DNA of 64,000 nt from an uncultured Bifidobacteriaceae bacterium (GCA_964424455.1 CAYRJA010000003.1:4186-68185); one strand, 5' to 3'; positions 37,769 through 47,551 are shown, counted from the first letter of the stretch. The notes: generated from the letters alone by a model not told the origin. Numbers and translations: made by a program.

Positions 37769-38521
37769 ATGAAACAACAGATTTACCACTCTATCATTGA
37801 AGGAAAAAAAGCAGGACAGAAAAAATTTGCTGTACTGATTGATCCCGACAAAGTAACACGCGAATCGCTGTTACAGACGGTTGACTTGTCAGTGAAAGCT
37901 GAAGTAGATTATATCTTTTTAGGCGGAAGCTTATTGGTAAATAATGTACTGAATGAGTGTGTTGAGGGAATAAAAAATGCATGTAAGATTCCTGTTATTC
38001 TATTTCCCGGAAGTGTTACACAAGTAAACAATAAAGCAGACGCAATATTTTTTCTTTCGCTTATTTCCGGACGCAATCCTGATTTGCTGATTGGTCAGCA
38101 TGTAATTGCAGCGCCTCTTGTAAAAGAAAGCGGCTTGGAGGTTTTACCAACCGGTTATATGCTGATTGACGGAGGAAGGGGAACAACAGTTTCTTATATC
38201 AGCAACACTACTCCGATTCCGGCGGACAAAAATGATATTGCAATGAGCACTGCCATGGCGGGCGAAATGCTTGGGTTGAAACTGATTTTTATGGATGCAG
38301 GCAGCGGAGCAAATCATCCGGTTAGAACTTCTATGATAAAAAAAGTCAGTGAAAGTATTTCCGTTCCACTGATTGTCGGAGGCGGAATTATAACACCTGA
38401 AAAAGCATTGGAAAGCTGCAAAGCCGGTGCGGATATTATTGTTGTGGGGAATGCTATTGAGAAGGACTTATCTCTTATATCGCGGATGTCTGATACAATT
38501 CACTCGCTGGAATTAGTATGA
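37769..38521 (+). CDS. geranylgeranylglyceryl/heptaprenylglyceryl phosphate synthase family protein
   Basis: 250 aa. FAVLIDPDK, FLGGS, ILFPGS, LSLISGRNPDLLIG, FMDAGSGA, PLIVGGGI, the TIM-barrel signature of the PcrB/GGGPS family. Confidence 0.85.
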   Translation: MKQQIYHSIIEGKKAGQKKFAVLIDPDKVTRESLLQTVDLSVKAEVDYIFLGGSLLVNNVLNECVEGIKNACKIPVILFPGSVTQVNNKADAIFFLSLISGRNPDLLIGQHVIAAPLVKESGLEVLPTGYMLIDGGRGTTVSYISNTTPIPADKNDIAMSTAMAGEMLGLKLIFMDAGSGANHPVRTSMIKKVSESISVPLIVGGGIITPEKALESCKAGADIIVVGNAIEKDLSLISRMSDTIHSLELV

Positions 38522-38602
38522 GAATAATTAACAACAGCAGACAGAAACAACAGGATTTTTTGCTGAACAATAAGCGGCTTACCGCAAGCATCAATTTTAA
38601 AA

Positions 38603-39535
38603 ATGCAGGGTAGAGTTATTAAATCCACCGGAAGTTGGTATAGTGTCTTGATGGAAGACAAAACTGTTGTACAATGCCGCATGACGGGGAAGTATCGCCT
38701 TATTGACAGACGAACTACTAACCCTGTCGTTATTGGTGATTTGGTAGAAGTGGAAATGGAAGAGGGAGTAGGAACCGGCATAATTAAAAAGGTAGTACCA
38801 AGGAGTAATTACATCATCCGCCAGTCATCACGGAACAGAACAGCGGAACATATTCTTGCAGCAAATCTTGATCAGGCAATGCTGATGGCAACATTGTCAC
38901 AGCCAAGAACTTCCACCGGATTCATAGACCGGTTTGTTGTTACAGCAACTGCTTATCACATTCCAACGACAATTGTTTTTAACAAGGCAGATATTTATTC
39001 TGAAGAAGAGCAAAAGGAACTGGAGAAACTTTCTGCACTTTACGAAAAGGCGGGTTATAGCGTGATCTTAACTTCAGCAGAAAAAGAATTTCATGTGGAT
39101 GATGTTAAGGAAATTCTCAGAAACAAAATTACACTGGTAGCCGGTCATTCCGGAGTGGGTAAATCAACACTCATCAATAAAATTTATCCCGGATTGAATC
39201 TGAAGACCGGAGAAATTTCTAATTACCATGGTAAAGGAACACATACTACCACCTTTGCAGAAATGTTTGAACTGCCATTCGGTGGATTTATTATTGATAC
39301 TCCCGGAATAAAGGAATTCGGTATCCTTGACTTTAAAGTTGAGGAAGTGTCACACTACTTTCCGGAGATGGAGAAGGTGTTACACGATTGTCAGTTTAAT
39401 AATTGTCTTCACATCAATGAGCCGAAATGTGCTGTGAAAGAAGCGGTAAAGCATGATGAAATAAGTGAGTCGCGGTACATTAACTACCGGAACATAATTG
39501 AAGAAATAAAATCAGAAGAAAAAATTTACGATTGA
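38603..39535 (+). CDS. rsgA: ribosome small-subunit-dependent GTPase A
   Basis: 310 aa. OB-fold N-terminus, circularly permuted GTPase (FNKADI .. GHSGVGKSTLIN .. DTPG), C-terminal Zn-finger CQFNNCLHINEPKC. Confidence 0.9.
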   Translation: MQGRVIKSTGSWYSVLMEDKTVVQCRMTGKYRLIDRRTTNPVVIGDLVEVEMEEGVGTGIIKKVVPRSNYIIRQSSRNRTAEHILAANLDQAMLMATLSQPRTSTGFIDRFVVTATAYHIPTTIVFNKADIYSEEEQKELEKLSALYEKAGYSVILTSAEKEFHVDDVKEILRNKITLVAGHSGVGKSTLINKIYPGLNLKTGEISNYHGKGTHTTTFAEMFELPFGGFIIDTPGIKEFGILDFKVEEVSHYFPEMEKVLHDCQFNNCLHINEPKCAVKEAVKHDEISESRYINYRNIIEEIKSEEKIYD

Positions 39536-39536
39536 G

Positions 39537-39989
39537 ATGCGCATATTGATTCAACGGGTTTCAGAAGCATCTGTAAGGATTGAAGGAGAGATTGTTTCCT
39601 CAATCGGTAACGGGTTGCTCGTGTTGCTGGGAATTGAAGAAGCAGATGCACCGGAAGATATTGAATGGCTTTCCTCAAAGATAGTTAACCTCCGAATCTT
39701 TGATGATACAAACGGAGTGATGAACCTTTCAGTGAAAGAGGTAAATGGAGAAATAATTTTAGTCAGTCAATTTACGCTACACGCTTCCACTAAGAAAGGG
39801 AATCGTCCTTCATACATCAAAGCGGCAAAACCGGAAATAGCTGTTCCGCTCTATGAAAAAATGATTCAGCAGCTTATCAAAGATTTAGGAAAACCTGTCG
39901 CTACCGGAAAATTTGGTGCAGATATGAAAGTGAGTCTGATAAATAACGGTCCTGTTACAATTTGGATAGATTCAAAGAACAGGGAATAA
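39537..39989 (+). CDS. dtd: D-aminoacyl-tRNA deacylase
   Basis: 150 aa. MRILIQRV.., SQFTL, and the NNGPVT motif (GPVT of DTD). Confidence 0.9.
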   Translation: MRILIQRVSEASVRIEGEIVSSIGNGLLVLLGIEEADAPEDIEWLSSKIVNLRIFDDTNGVMNLSVKEVNGEIILVSQFTLHASTKKGNRPSYIKAAKPEIAVPLYEKMIQQLIKDLGKPVATGKFGADMKVSLINNGPVTIWIDSKNRE

Positions 39990-39995
39990 CAGTTC

Positions 39996-41048
39996 TTATT
40001 TAATTATTTTTTCAGTAAACTGATTCCAGCCCTGAGCGGTAATATCATAAATGTTGTTCGACTTGCTAACTAACTTTATTCCATCTGTAACACTTGTAAT
40101 GTGTCCTATTACAGATAGCAGCGGATTGTTTTTTATCTTTTCAAAATCCTTTTGTGCTACAGTGAACAGCAATTCATAATCTTCTCCGCCACTCAATGCA
40201 CAAGTAGTAGGATCAAGATTAAACTTCAGCGCCATGTTGTAGGTTTCTTCCGCAACCGGAATTTTATCTTCATACAACCGGCAGCCGACCTTTGAATTTT
40301 CGCAGATGTGAAGCACTTCGGAAGAAAGACCATCGGAAATGTCAATCATTGAAGTGGGGATTACTCCAAGCTGATCAAGTAATTCCACAATATCTTTTCT
40401 TGCTTCAGGCATCAATTGCCTGCCTACTAAGTATTTCTGATCTTCCAGATTGGGTTTAACGTTTGGGTTTTCAAGAAAAATTCTTTTCTCTCTTTCCAAT
40501 AATTGCAAGCCGAGATAAGCTGCTCCCAAATCTCCTGACACACAGAGCAAATCGCTTTCTTTTGCAGTGCTTCTCAACACAACTTTCTTTTCATCTACTT
40601 CACCGATTGCTGTAACAGAAATAACCAAACCTTTGGTAGAATTGGAAGTATCTCCGCCAACCAGATCTATTTTATATTTCTCGCAAGCGTGATAAATCCC
40701 CTCATATAACTCACTTAACGCTTCCACCGAAAAACGATTGGAAGCGGCAATAGAAACTGTTATCTGTTTCGGTATGGCATTCATCGCATACACATCAGAA
40801 AGATTCACAATAACAGACTTGTAGCCTAAATGTTTTAGCGGCACATACATCAAATCGAAATGAATTCCTTCAATAAGCAAATCGGTTGTTACAACTGTTC
40901 GTTTGTTATTGAATTGCAAAACGGCGGCATCATCACCAACTCCTACAATGCTTGATTCATTTTTCAATTTAAAATTCTGAGTGAGGTGACGGATTAATCC
41001 GAATTCACCAATACTTGAGACTTCTGTTCGTTGCGTTGTTTCTTCCAT
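39996..41048 (-). CDS. thiL: thiamine-monophosphate kinase
   Basis: SSIGEFGLIRHL, GDDAAV, DLLIEGIHFD, GGDTS. The start is set at Met 41048 (MEETTQRTEV). The 64-codon upstream extension of the listed ORF overlaps the divergent gene at 41090, and a -7 box lies at 41053-41060. Confidence 0.85.
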   Translation of the reverse strand: MEETTQRTEVSSIGEFGLIRHLTQNFKLKNESSIVGVGDDAAVLQFNNKRTVVTTDLLIEGIHFDLMYVPLKHLGYKSVIVNLSDVYAMNAIPKQITVSIAASNRFSVEALSELYEGIYHACEKYKIDLVGGDTSNSTKGLVISVTAIGEVDEKKVVLRSTAKESDLLCVSGDLGAAYLGLQLLEREKRIFLENPNVKPNLEDQKYLVGRQLMPEARKDIVELLDQLGVIPTSMIDISDGLSSEVLHICENSKVGCRLYEDKIPVAEETYNMALKFNLDPTTCALSGGEDYELLFTVAQKDFEKIKNNPLLSVIGHITSVTDGIKLVSKSNNIYDITAQGWNQFTEKIIK

Positions 41049-41052
41049 AGTG

Positions 41053-41060
41053 CAAAAATA
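41053..41060 (-). promoter_or_regulatory. -7 box (TAnnTTTG on the minus strand) 4 nt upstream of the thiL start
   Basis: The minus-strand reading is TATTTTTG (plus strand caaaaata, 41053-41060). This implies a very short or absent leader. Confidence 0.35.
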
Positions 41061-41077
41061 ATGAAAGTCAGTATTGT

Positions 41078-41085
41078 TAAATTTG
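41078..41085 (+). promoter_or_regulatory. -7 box (TAnnTTTG) 4 nt upstream of the 41090 gene
   Basis: TAAATTTG at 41078-41085. It is divergent to the thiL box. Confidence 0.35.
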
Positions 41086-41089
41086 CACA

Positions 41090-41596
41090 ATGATAAATCT
41101 GACTTTTCAATATACTCCTGAAGTTTTGCAGGAAGCATACACACTTCACTACAAAAAAAACACTGTGTTACAAGGGAGACTCCTTCTGTTCTTAGGGATT
41201 TTATTAATTTGGACAGGGTTGCTTCTAATTCTGATTTCAAGAAATGAGGGAAGACAGATTCTTAACTATTCCTTTGTGGTTTATGGGTTGATTATAATCG
41301 TTGTCCATATCCGGACAATGAAAACGATAGGGAAAAGAATGTTTAAGCAACTGAAAAACTCACCTCAAACCATACAGATTGCTGTTACAGAAGAAGAGAT
41401 TACAATGAAGACTGAAAGAGGAGAAACGATTATACAGTGGGAAAATTTTCAGCTTGCAGTTATCTCAGAAACTATAGTACTTCTGTATCCGACAAAATCT
41501 TCATTTTATATCTTTTCTAAAAAAGATTTTAAGGATGATGAGTTTAACTCGTTTATTACAATGGTGAAACAGAAAATTCAAACTGTTAAACAGTAA
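41090..41596 (+). CDS. YcxB-like membrane protein (two TM helices plus PH-like C-terminal region)
   Basis: 168 aa with two adjacent hydrophobic helices (LLLFLGILLIWTGLLLILI and FVVYGLIIIVV). The layout is like the YcxB family. Low-information call. Confidence 0.5.
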   Translation: MINLTFQYTPEVLQEAYTLHYKKNTVLQGRLLLFLGILLIWTGLLLILISRNEGRQILNYSFVVYGLIIIVVHIRTMKTIGKRMFKQLKNSPQTIQIAVTEEEITMKTERGETIIQWENFQLAVISETIVLLYPTKSSFYIFSKKDFKDDEFNSFITMVKQKIQTVKQ

Positions 41597-41622
41597 TGAA
41601 TAATCACAACAGGTACTGATGC

Positions 41623-43248
41623 TTACTTAATTCGCTGAATGTTGTAAATGTAAAATGATTCTTCGGGCACAATAGAAGGTGAAAATCTATTCAATAAAGT
41701 CATTTTAACTGAATCAATAAAGACCATTTCTGTAACAGGCGTTCCGTTTGCATTCAACTGAGAGTTAGAAATGAAAATAACCGGCTCCTTTTTATTTCGT
41801 GTTAGCTTAAACACATCATCAATTACATTTTGGATAGGTAATCCGTGCTTTCGCAGATCGTCCCATTTGATAAATGTTCCGTACTCACTCCGCTCACAAT
41901 AATACAACGGCTTATCAATCCATCCGGCAACTCCTACAGCCATCATGTCGGAAAACCCAATCATCTCATATTTATTCAATTGCTCAGTCATTAAATATCT
42001 GCCGGTTGCTTCGTTTTGTGAAAAAACATTTACAACATCTGAATACCATGCAAATAAACCTGCAACCAATTGAACTAATAACAGAGGAAGCAGTATTACA
42101 TATCTAACTTTATAAATCAGATTACTGAACTGTAACAGAAAAGAAGGTATCAACTTTTGGTAAGCGTTGTCGGCAGATTTCATTTCTGCAAACCACCATG
42201 CCATAAAGAATATGATATACAGATGACCTACATAACGCAGGTAAGGGAGATAGGTGAGATAAGTAAATCCGAGGATACCGAGAGTAGCGCCTATATAAAA
42301 CAGAAATGCATTTCTATTGCGCAAAAACAAAACGGCAAAAAGCAACCATAATATAATTGAAATAGAAAAAATTTCATTGCTGATGTTCACCTGATCTTTA
42401 ATTACAACATTTGAATTCCAGAATGTAAAAGCAGAGAAAACAGGCAGAGGAATAAAAGTGCGAACCATATCAGCCATTGCAAAACGCAATCTGGTCATGT
42501 CAAAATGATCCATAAACATGATATAGTTACGGCTGTGCTCGTTAGGTTTTATCTGCCAAGCTGATAATAGTAACCCGACTATAGCTATAATTATTCCTGC
42601 AATCAGGACTGAGGGTATTTTTTGAGGGCGTGTTGCAAATAAATCTACCATCCAAATTACAAACAGGCAACCAGCTATTATCAACGCATAAATATTGGTA
42701 TTAGCCATCAGTAACAGTGTTACACTCAGGTACAATATATTTTTTGCCTTATTTTTATAAAGCGCCATAAACAATATCATGAAGAAAATTCCCGGGGCAT
42801 AGTTGCGGGCAATCATAGCATATTCAAAAATCATAAAGTATCCTGCTGCAAACAACACTTTATGTAACCTTTTGAACGGTGAATATTTAGTGAAAAGAAA
42901 AATAGTGGCTACCGCAATCAGCCCGTGAAGCAGTTGCATACTAAACGGATTATCTGTAACACTTGTGAGTACAAACAACAATAAATGCCACAATGCCGGA
43001 TGTCCTTCGTATTTCAGATTTTGGAAAAGCTCAGAAATGCTGTGACTGTCACGTGCAATCAACCACGCCTGAATTTCATCCCGCCACGGTTCATGGTAAA
43101 ATATTCCCAAGAATACAATAAGTGAATAAAGAGAAGCAATAAGCAGTGCAAAAACATTATCAGAGATAAAGAATTTTGACCTTGAATTTTCAGCCGGCTG
43201 AGCAGCAGGTACCGGTTGCTTTGTCTTTTTATGTTTTGCCTTAGCCAT
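41623..43248 (-). CDS. multi-pass membrane protein, possible GT-C-fold glycosyltransferase
   Basis: 541 aa with about 12 TM helices followed by a soluble C-terminal domain. The first loop, EPWRDEIQAW, resembles the acidic DE motif of GT-C enzymes. Confidence 0.45.
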   Translation of the reverse strand: MAKAKHKKTKQPVPAAQPAENSRSKFFISDNVFALLIASLYSLIVFLGIFYHEPWRDEIQAWLIARDSHSISELFQNLKYEGHPALWHLLLFVLTSVTDNPFSMQLLHGLIAVATIFLFTKYSPFKRLHKVLFAAGYFMIFEYAMIARNYAPGIFFMILFMALYKNKAKNILYLSVTLLLMANTNIYALIIAGCLFVIWMVDLFATRPQKIPSVLIAGIIIAIVGLLLSAWQIKPNEHSRNYIMFMDHFDMTRLRFAMADMVRTFIPLPVFSAFTFWNSNVVIKDQVNISNEIFSISIILWLLFAVLFLRNRNAFLFYIGATLGILGFTYLTYLPYLRYVGHLYIIFFMAWWFAEMKSADNAYQKLIPSFLLQFSNLIYKVRYVILLPLLLVQLVAGLFAWYSDVVNVFSQNEATGRYLMTEQLNKYEMIGFSDMMAVGVAGWIDKPLYYCERSEYGTFIKWDDLRKHGLPIQNVIDDVFKLTRNKKEPVIFISNSQLNANGTPVTEMVFIDSVKMTLLNRFSPSIVPEESFYIYNIQRIK

Positions 43249-43249
43249 A

Positions 43250-43879
43250 CTATGCGTTAAATAAACTCATTTGAGAATCAACTCCCAACAGGTTGAATGT
43301 AGTGCGATGATGTTCTGTAACACCAAATTCACGGATAGCAGCACGATGTTCAATGGTAGGATATCCTTTGTTTCTATCCCATCCATAGTTTGGATAATTC
43401 TTATGAAGTTTCAGTAAGTACTCATCCCGATGGGTTTTAGCGAGAACGGAAGCGGCAGCGATTGAAGCATAAGTCGCATCACCTTTTACGATACAGCGAT
43501 GTTCAATTGCTTTGTATTGTTTAAATCTGTTTCCGTCAATGAGTAACAACTCAGGTGTTACAGAGAGTTTATTAAGCGCCCTGTGCATAGCAAGAAAAGA
43601 AGCATTCAGGATATTAATTTCATCAATCTCTGTATTACTAACTGAGGCTACTGCCCAGGCAATAGCCTTTTCCTCTATAACAGATCGAAGCAGATTTCGG
43701 TCTTCTTCATTCATTTGCTTAGAGTCATTGAGCAGGTTGTGTGAAAATTTTTTTGGAAGAATAACGGTTGCGGCAAATACAGGACCTGCCAAACAGCCGC
43801 GACCTGCTTCATCGCATCCGGCTTCTATTTTATTTTTAAGGAAAAATTTCTTTAACAATCTGATAATTGATTTTGCCAA
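43250..43879 (-). CDS. rnhB: ribonuclease HII
   Basis: 209 aa. [14 protein letters not shown] (the DEAGRG catalytic motif) and DSKQM. Confidence 0.92.
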   Translation of the reverse strand: MAKSIIRLLKKFFLKNKIEAGCDEAGRGCLAGPVFAATVILPKKFSHNLLNDSKQMNEEDRNLLRSVIEEKAIAWAVASVSNTEIDEINILNASFLAMHRALNKLSVTPELLLIDGNRFKQYKAIEHRCIVKGDATYASIAAASVLAKTHRDEYLLKLHKNYPNYGWDRNKGYPTIEHRAAIREFGVTEHHRTTFNLLGVDSQMSLFNA

Positions 43880-43977
43880 TTTAGAAAATCAGTATCTCTG
43901 AATCCGAAAAAATATTTAACACTGAAATTTTCTCTGGGAATAACTATCTATTTCAGACGACTCTCTTTATATAAAAC

Positions 43978-44628
43978 TCAATTTTGCACTTTTCCACCGT
44001 AAGCCAAATCACCGGCATCACCGAGTCCGGGAACGATATATGCTTTAGAATTCAGTTCATCATCAATAGCGCCTGTCCAAATAGTAAAATCAGTCAGATT
44101 GTTTTGTACCTTTTCCACTCCGGCTTTACTGGCAATAACACAAACAATATGTGTATGTTTGGGTTTGCCAAATTTGTAAATCTGTTTCAGAGTCATTACC
44201 ATGGAAGAACCGGTGGCAAGCATCGGGTCAACAATGATTAATATTTTGTTGTCAAGTGAAGCGCTTGCTAAATATTCTAAACGGATTTCAAAAGATCCAT
44301 CTTCCAAGTGATGACGATAAGCGCTGATGAATGCATTATCAGCATGGTCAAAATAATTGAGTACGCCTCTGTGCAATGGAAGTCCTGCCCGCAGAATGGT
44401 TCCAAGTATCGGCTGTTCTTTTAGTAAAGGAACATCCAAAGTTCCTAGAGGTGTTACAATTCTTTTGTTTTCATACTCTAATGTCTTACTGATTTCATAA
44501 GCGCAAATTTCACCGAAGCGCTCTATGTTTTTTCTGAATCGCATCCGGTCATGCTGTGTGTCTAAGCTGCGAATTTCAGAGACAAACTGGTTAACTAACG
44601 AATGTTGTTTTGAGAGGTCAACTATCAT
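43978..44628 (-). CDS. upp: uracil phosphoribosyltransferase
   Basis: 216 aa. ILRAGL, PRPP loop IVDPMLATGSS, and C-terminal YIVPGLGDAGD. Confidence 0.92.
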   Translation of the reverse strand: MIVDLSKQHSLVNQFVSEIRSLDTQHDRMRFRKNIERFGEICAYEISKTLEYENKRIVTPLGTLDVPLLKEQPILGTILRAGLPLHRGVLNYFDHADNAFISAYRHHLEDGSFEIRLEYLASASLDNKILIIVDPMLATGSSMVMTLKQIYKFGKPKHTHIVCVIASKAGVEKVQNNLTDFTIWTGAIDDELNSKAYIVPGLGDAGDLAYGGKVQN

Positions 44629-44631
44629 ATT

Positions 44632-45576
44632 TTATTTCTTTAAAATTTTCATCCACCAAGGTATATTATTTCTTCTGATGAACGGATAAAACACTTCATG
44701 TGAGCCAAAACCTTTGTAAAATTTTGAGATGGAAGAAATTTCAGAACCTTCAAAGTCGAAAATTAAATCAGAGTGCTCATATTTCTCCAATACAAAATCA
44801 ATTAACCTGAACATCGCTCCATTCTTTCTTCCGGTTTCATTGGAAGAAGGGAAAATATTAATGATGAACCTTTTTGATCGGACAAAGAATCCTGCGGCAC
44901 AAATCTGTCCATCGTTGCCTGTTACACCAATAATTTCTCCGGAGCTATTTTTCAAAACAGAATCCATCAGGTTTTTAAGTCGTTCATAGTCTTTTGACTT
45001 TATTTCATTTACCCTGTCACCTTGATTTTTTCTGAATAGTGAAATCAAAGTTTCAGGCGAAACATTATCTGTAACACTAAGATTTCCTTTCCGGGCTTTC
45101 TTTAGATTCCTTTTTGTATTTTCATTATATCCTGAAGTAATCTTACTATGATTATTATTCAGTAATAAATGATGGGTAAGTTTCTTTTTTACTGAAAACA
45201 AGTTTCCCGAATAATCATTATCTGCATTAAGATTTATTTCAATGAGTTTAAATTCTTCAGGGATGTTTTCTAAAAAGGCATTTACAAGCTCAGGAGTAAT
45301 TTTCTGAGTAGAGAAAATTCCAAGCTGCTGGGTGAAGAACGGCTGATATAAATAAGATATGCCGGCTTTCTTTTTCCATGTTAATGGGAAAACAGATTCA
45401 TAATCATTCAGTACTAAAGCATCCCAACTGTAACAGACACTGTTCAAATACCAGGAATAAGCATAGGGTAATTCATTTATAGAATGGGCTATACACTCAT
45501 CCCACTTTTTCATATCAACCCTATCTTGAGAGAGATAAAGGATTTTACTCTCGCGCATAGGCAATAAATTCTTCAA
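44632..45576 (-). CDS. FemAB-like/GNAT-fold acyltransferase-family protein
   Basis: 314 aa. N-terminal ..KKWDECI..PYAYSWYLNSV..WDALVLNDY pattern and a C-terminal acyl-CoA N-acyltransferase-like half. The start (45576, 45558 or 45513) is uncertain. Confidence 0.4.
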   Translation of the reverse strand: MKNLLPMRESKILYLSQDRVDMKKWDECIAHSINELPYAYSWYLNSVCYSWDALVLNDYESVFPLTWKKKAGISYLYQPFFTQQLGIFSTQKITPELVNAFLENIPEEFKLIEINLNADNDYSGNLFSVKKKLTHHLLLNNNHSKITSGYNENTKRNLKKARKGNLSVTDNVSPETLISLFRKNQGDRVNEIKSKDYERLKNLMDSVLKNSSGEIIGVTGNDGQICAAGFFVRSKRFIINIFPSSNETGRKNGAMFRLIDFVLEKYEHSDLIFDFEGSEISSISKFYKGFGSHEVFYPFIRRNNIPWWMKILKK

Positions 45577-46849
45577 AATATTTATTCCATCCTTTCCATA
45601 CGCTTGTCTTACTGATTAAATCGTTGTGGGCAATGAATATAAAAGTCCCCTGAACGCTTTTAACTTCATTCACTAATAACTTCAACTCTTCTAATGCTGA
45701 TTTGGGAGAGAGTTTGAGATAGTAATGCAGTGTTGAATCCATTGCGGCAAATGGAAATATCTTCAGATTGGTTTGCTCATCTTTCAACAAATCGTAGAAA
45801 TAAAAAGGAGAGGCAATGCTTGCGCGGAAACCAAGAATGGAAGCATGTCCCAACGACCAGTCTTCTTGCATACCTAATGCAATCAATGTGCGGTAGGTAT
45901 TGGGAAAAGTAATTTTCAGATAATGCTGGCGGCTACGCACAATCTGCTTTCCGGTAATGGAATTAAGCCGGGCAATTTCCATTTCTAAGTTTTTGGGCTT
46001 CGTGTTGGATGAATAGCTGGGGTGCAATCCTATTAAAAACCGCTCAGATATTTTTTTAATCCATTGACGGAGAGTTCCGCTTCTCCATGAAATGTTTTTG
46101 TCATACTTACTGTAATTTCCCATAGGGAAAAAATACACAGGATAAACTCTGTATGTGTTGCTGATGGAAAGCTGGTCTTCAAAAGTATCATACGGATCTT
46201 GTTCTTCACCGGCTAAAACACTTTTACGCAGAGTAAAAAACTCCCAGTCCCGCTTCAGCAAGGATTTAACCATAGACCCTTTCGAACGTAAAAAACCTCT
46301 CCCCTTAAAGCGAAAAGCAATATCAATATCATAAGTAAGAATGAACTGATATTCTTTGGCAGGGAAAATCAAGGAAGGAAAGAATTTCTGTAACAGTTCT
46401 TTAATGTGCAACGCATAGTGGTTTACCAGAGGTTCATTGTAAAATGCCTTGAAGTAACTAATACTCTTTTCGCCGCGAAAACGATCGTACTTGTCACCTT
46501 TGAACGGGAGGTATTCCTCATAACGGCTTACCAAAAAAAAACTTGCAGCCAGCGGGTCATAGGGAAGGTCGGCACGTTCGTGGTTAGAGAAGAGAGTAAC
46601 ACGTTTTTTATATTCCCCGTAATCCATCCGCTGCGGGTGCACCTCCTTTTCAAATAAAATGGTGTGTGGATATATATGAATACCTTCCGAAAGAATATCC
46701 TTGGTATAGTTGATTTTGGGTCCATCATAATTATAGAACTTATCTATACTCGTGGTAAAATCAACATCCACTTCCAGCAAATCTCTGAAAATCAGATCCG
46801 CTATATACTGAAGCCGCGCAGTTACCTGTATAGAATATATTAATACCAT
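45545..46849 (-). CDS. polysaccharide-deacetylase-like protein (Bacteroidota-conserved hypothetical)
   Basis: 434 aa. The N-terminal LIYSIQVTARLQYI pattern is one I recall from conserved Bacteroidota proteins. TYDIDIA and HPSY/RQHYL resemble NodB-type motifs. Not verified. Confidence 0.4.
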   Translation of the reverse strand: MVLIYSIQVTARLQYIADLIFRDLLEVDVDFTTSIDKFYNYDGPKINYTKDILSEGIHIYPHTILFEKEVHPQRMDYGEYKKRVTLFSNHERADLPYDPLAASFFLVSRYEEYLPFKGDKYDRFRGEKSISYFKAFYNEPLVNHYALHIKELLQKFFPSLIFPAKEYQFILTYDIDIAFRFKGRGFLRSKGSMVKSLLKRDWEFFTLRKSVLAGEEQDPYDTFEDQLSISNTYRVYPVYFFPMGNYSKYDKNISWRSGTLRQWIKKISERFLIGLHPSYSSNTKPKNLEMEIARLNSITGKQIVRSRQHYLKITFPNTYRTLIALGMQEDWSLGHASILGFRASIASPFYFYDLLKDEQTNLKIFPFAAMDSTLHYYLKLSPKSALEELKLLVNEVKSVQGTFIFIAHNDLISKTSVWKGWNKYFEEFIAYARE

Positions 46850-46864
46850 TTTCAGAGGCTAAAA

Positions 46865-47551
46865 TTAAGAGTAAAAAGTTTGTTTACTGTCATACATTGA
46901 TTTTATCAGCGAGGAGATATTGTACCGGATATCTTTATGCGCATTTTGTACCGCAAGCAGTGTCTCGTAAATATTTTTTATTCCAATACGGTCTGCCCAC
47001 TCAAATGGTCCGAATGGATAGGCAGTACCCAGCTTCATCCCTTTGTCAATATCCGATTCAGACGCCGTTCCTTCTTCCAATGCCCAACAGGCTTCATTCA
47101 CCAGCATAGCAATGATGCGCGGTGTTACCATTCCCACACTGTCCTTCACCTCTTTCCATTTCCAGTTGAGTTGATTACTTATGGCAGCGAATTTTCCTTT
47201 TGACTTTTCATCAGGAAAAGAAACTTCCAGCAGCTTTCTGTTAATAAATCCGGGGAGAGAATTTACGCCAATAAAAAAACATTTTACAGAAGTAACATCC
47301 TCACATATTCCCGCTAAAGATTTTTTTACTGCACAACCTAAAACCGGTTTGCCTGACAGATTTTTATATAGATGAATCCGTTCAGGGAATTCATCAAGAT
47401 TTAGGTCTACAATCAACTCAAACTCGTTAAAATAATCTTCCGTTTTATCTTTTAGCTCTTTATAAGAAGTCATCACGACTAAATCTTTTTCCGAGATTAT
47501 TCCCTGAAACTCACTTAATCGCCTGGAGCTTCCCAAAGCAAGGATTTTCAT
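46865..47551 (-). CDS. 3-hydroxyacyl-CoA dehydrogenase-family protein with degenerate NAD-binding N-domain
   Basis: 228 aa. A clear 3HCDH C-terminal domain (RIIAMLVNEACWALEEG..DIDKGMKLG..PFGPFEWADRIG). The N-terminus (MKILALGSSRRLS) lacks a GxGxxG motif. Confidence 0.6.
   Translation of the reverse strand: MKILALGSSRRLSEFQGIISEKDLVVMTSYKELKDKTEDYFNEFELIVDLNLDEFPERIHLYKNLSGKPVLGCAVKKSLAGICEDVTSVKCFFIGVNSLPGFINRKLLEVSFPDEKSKGKFAAISNQLNWKWKEVKDSVGMVTPRIIAMLVNEACWALEEGTASESDIDKGMKLGTAYPFGPFEWADRIGIKNIYETLLAVQNAHKDIRYNISSLIKSMYDSKQTFYS

Noticed and set aside
41049-41240. A 64-codon N-terminal extension of the thiL ORF.
   Set aside because: ThiL homology starts at MEETTQ..SSIGEFGLIRHL. The extension overlaps the divergent gene at 41090, and a -7 box lies immediately upstream of Met 41048.
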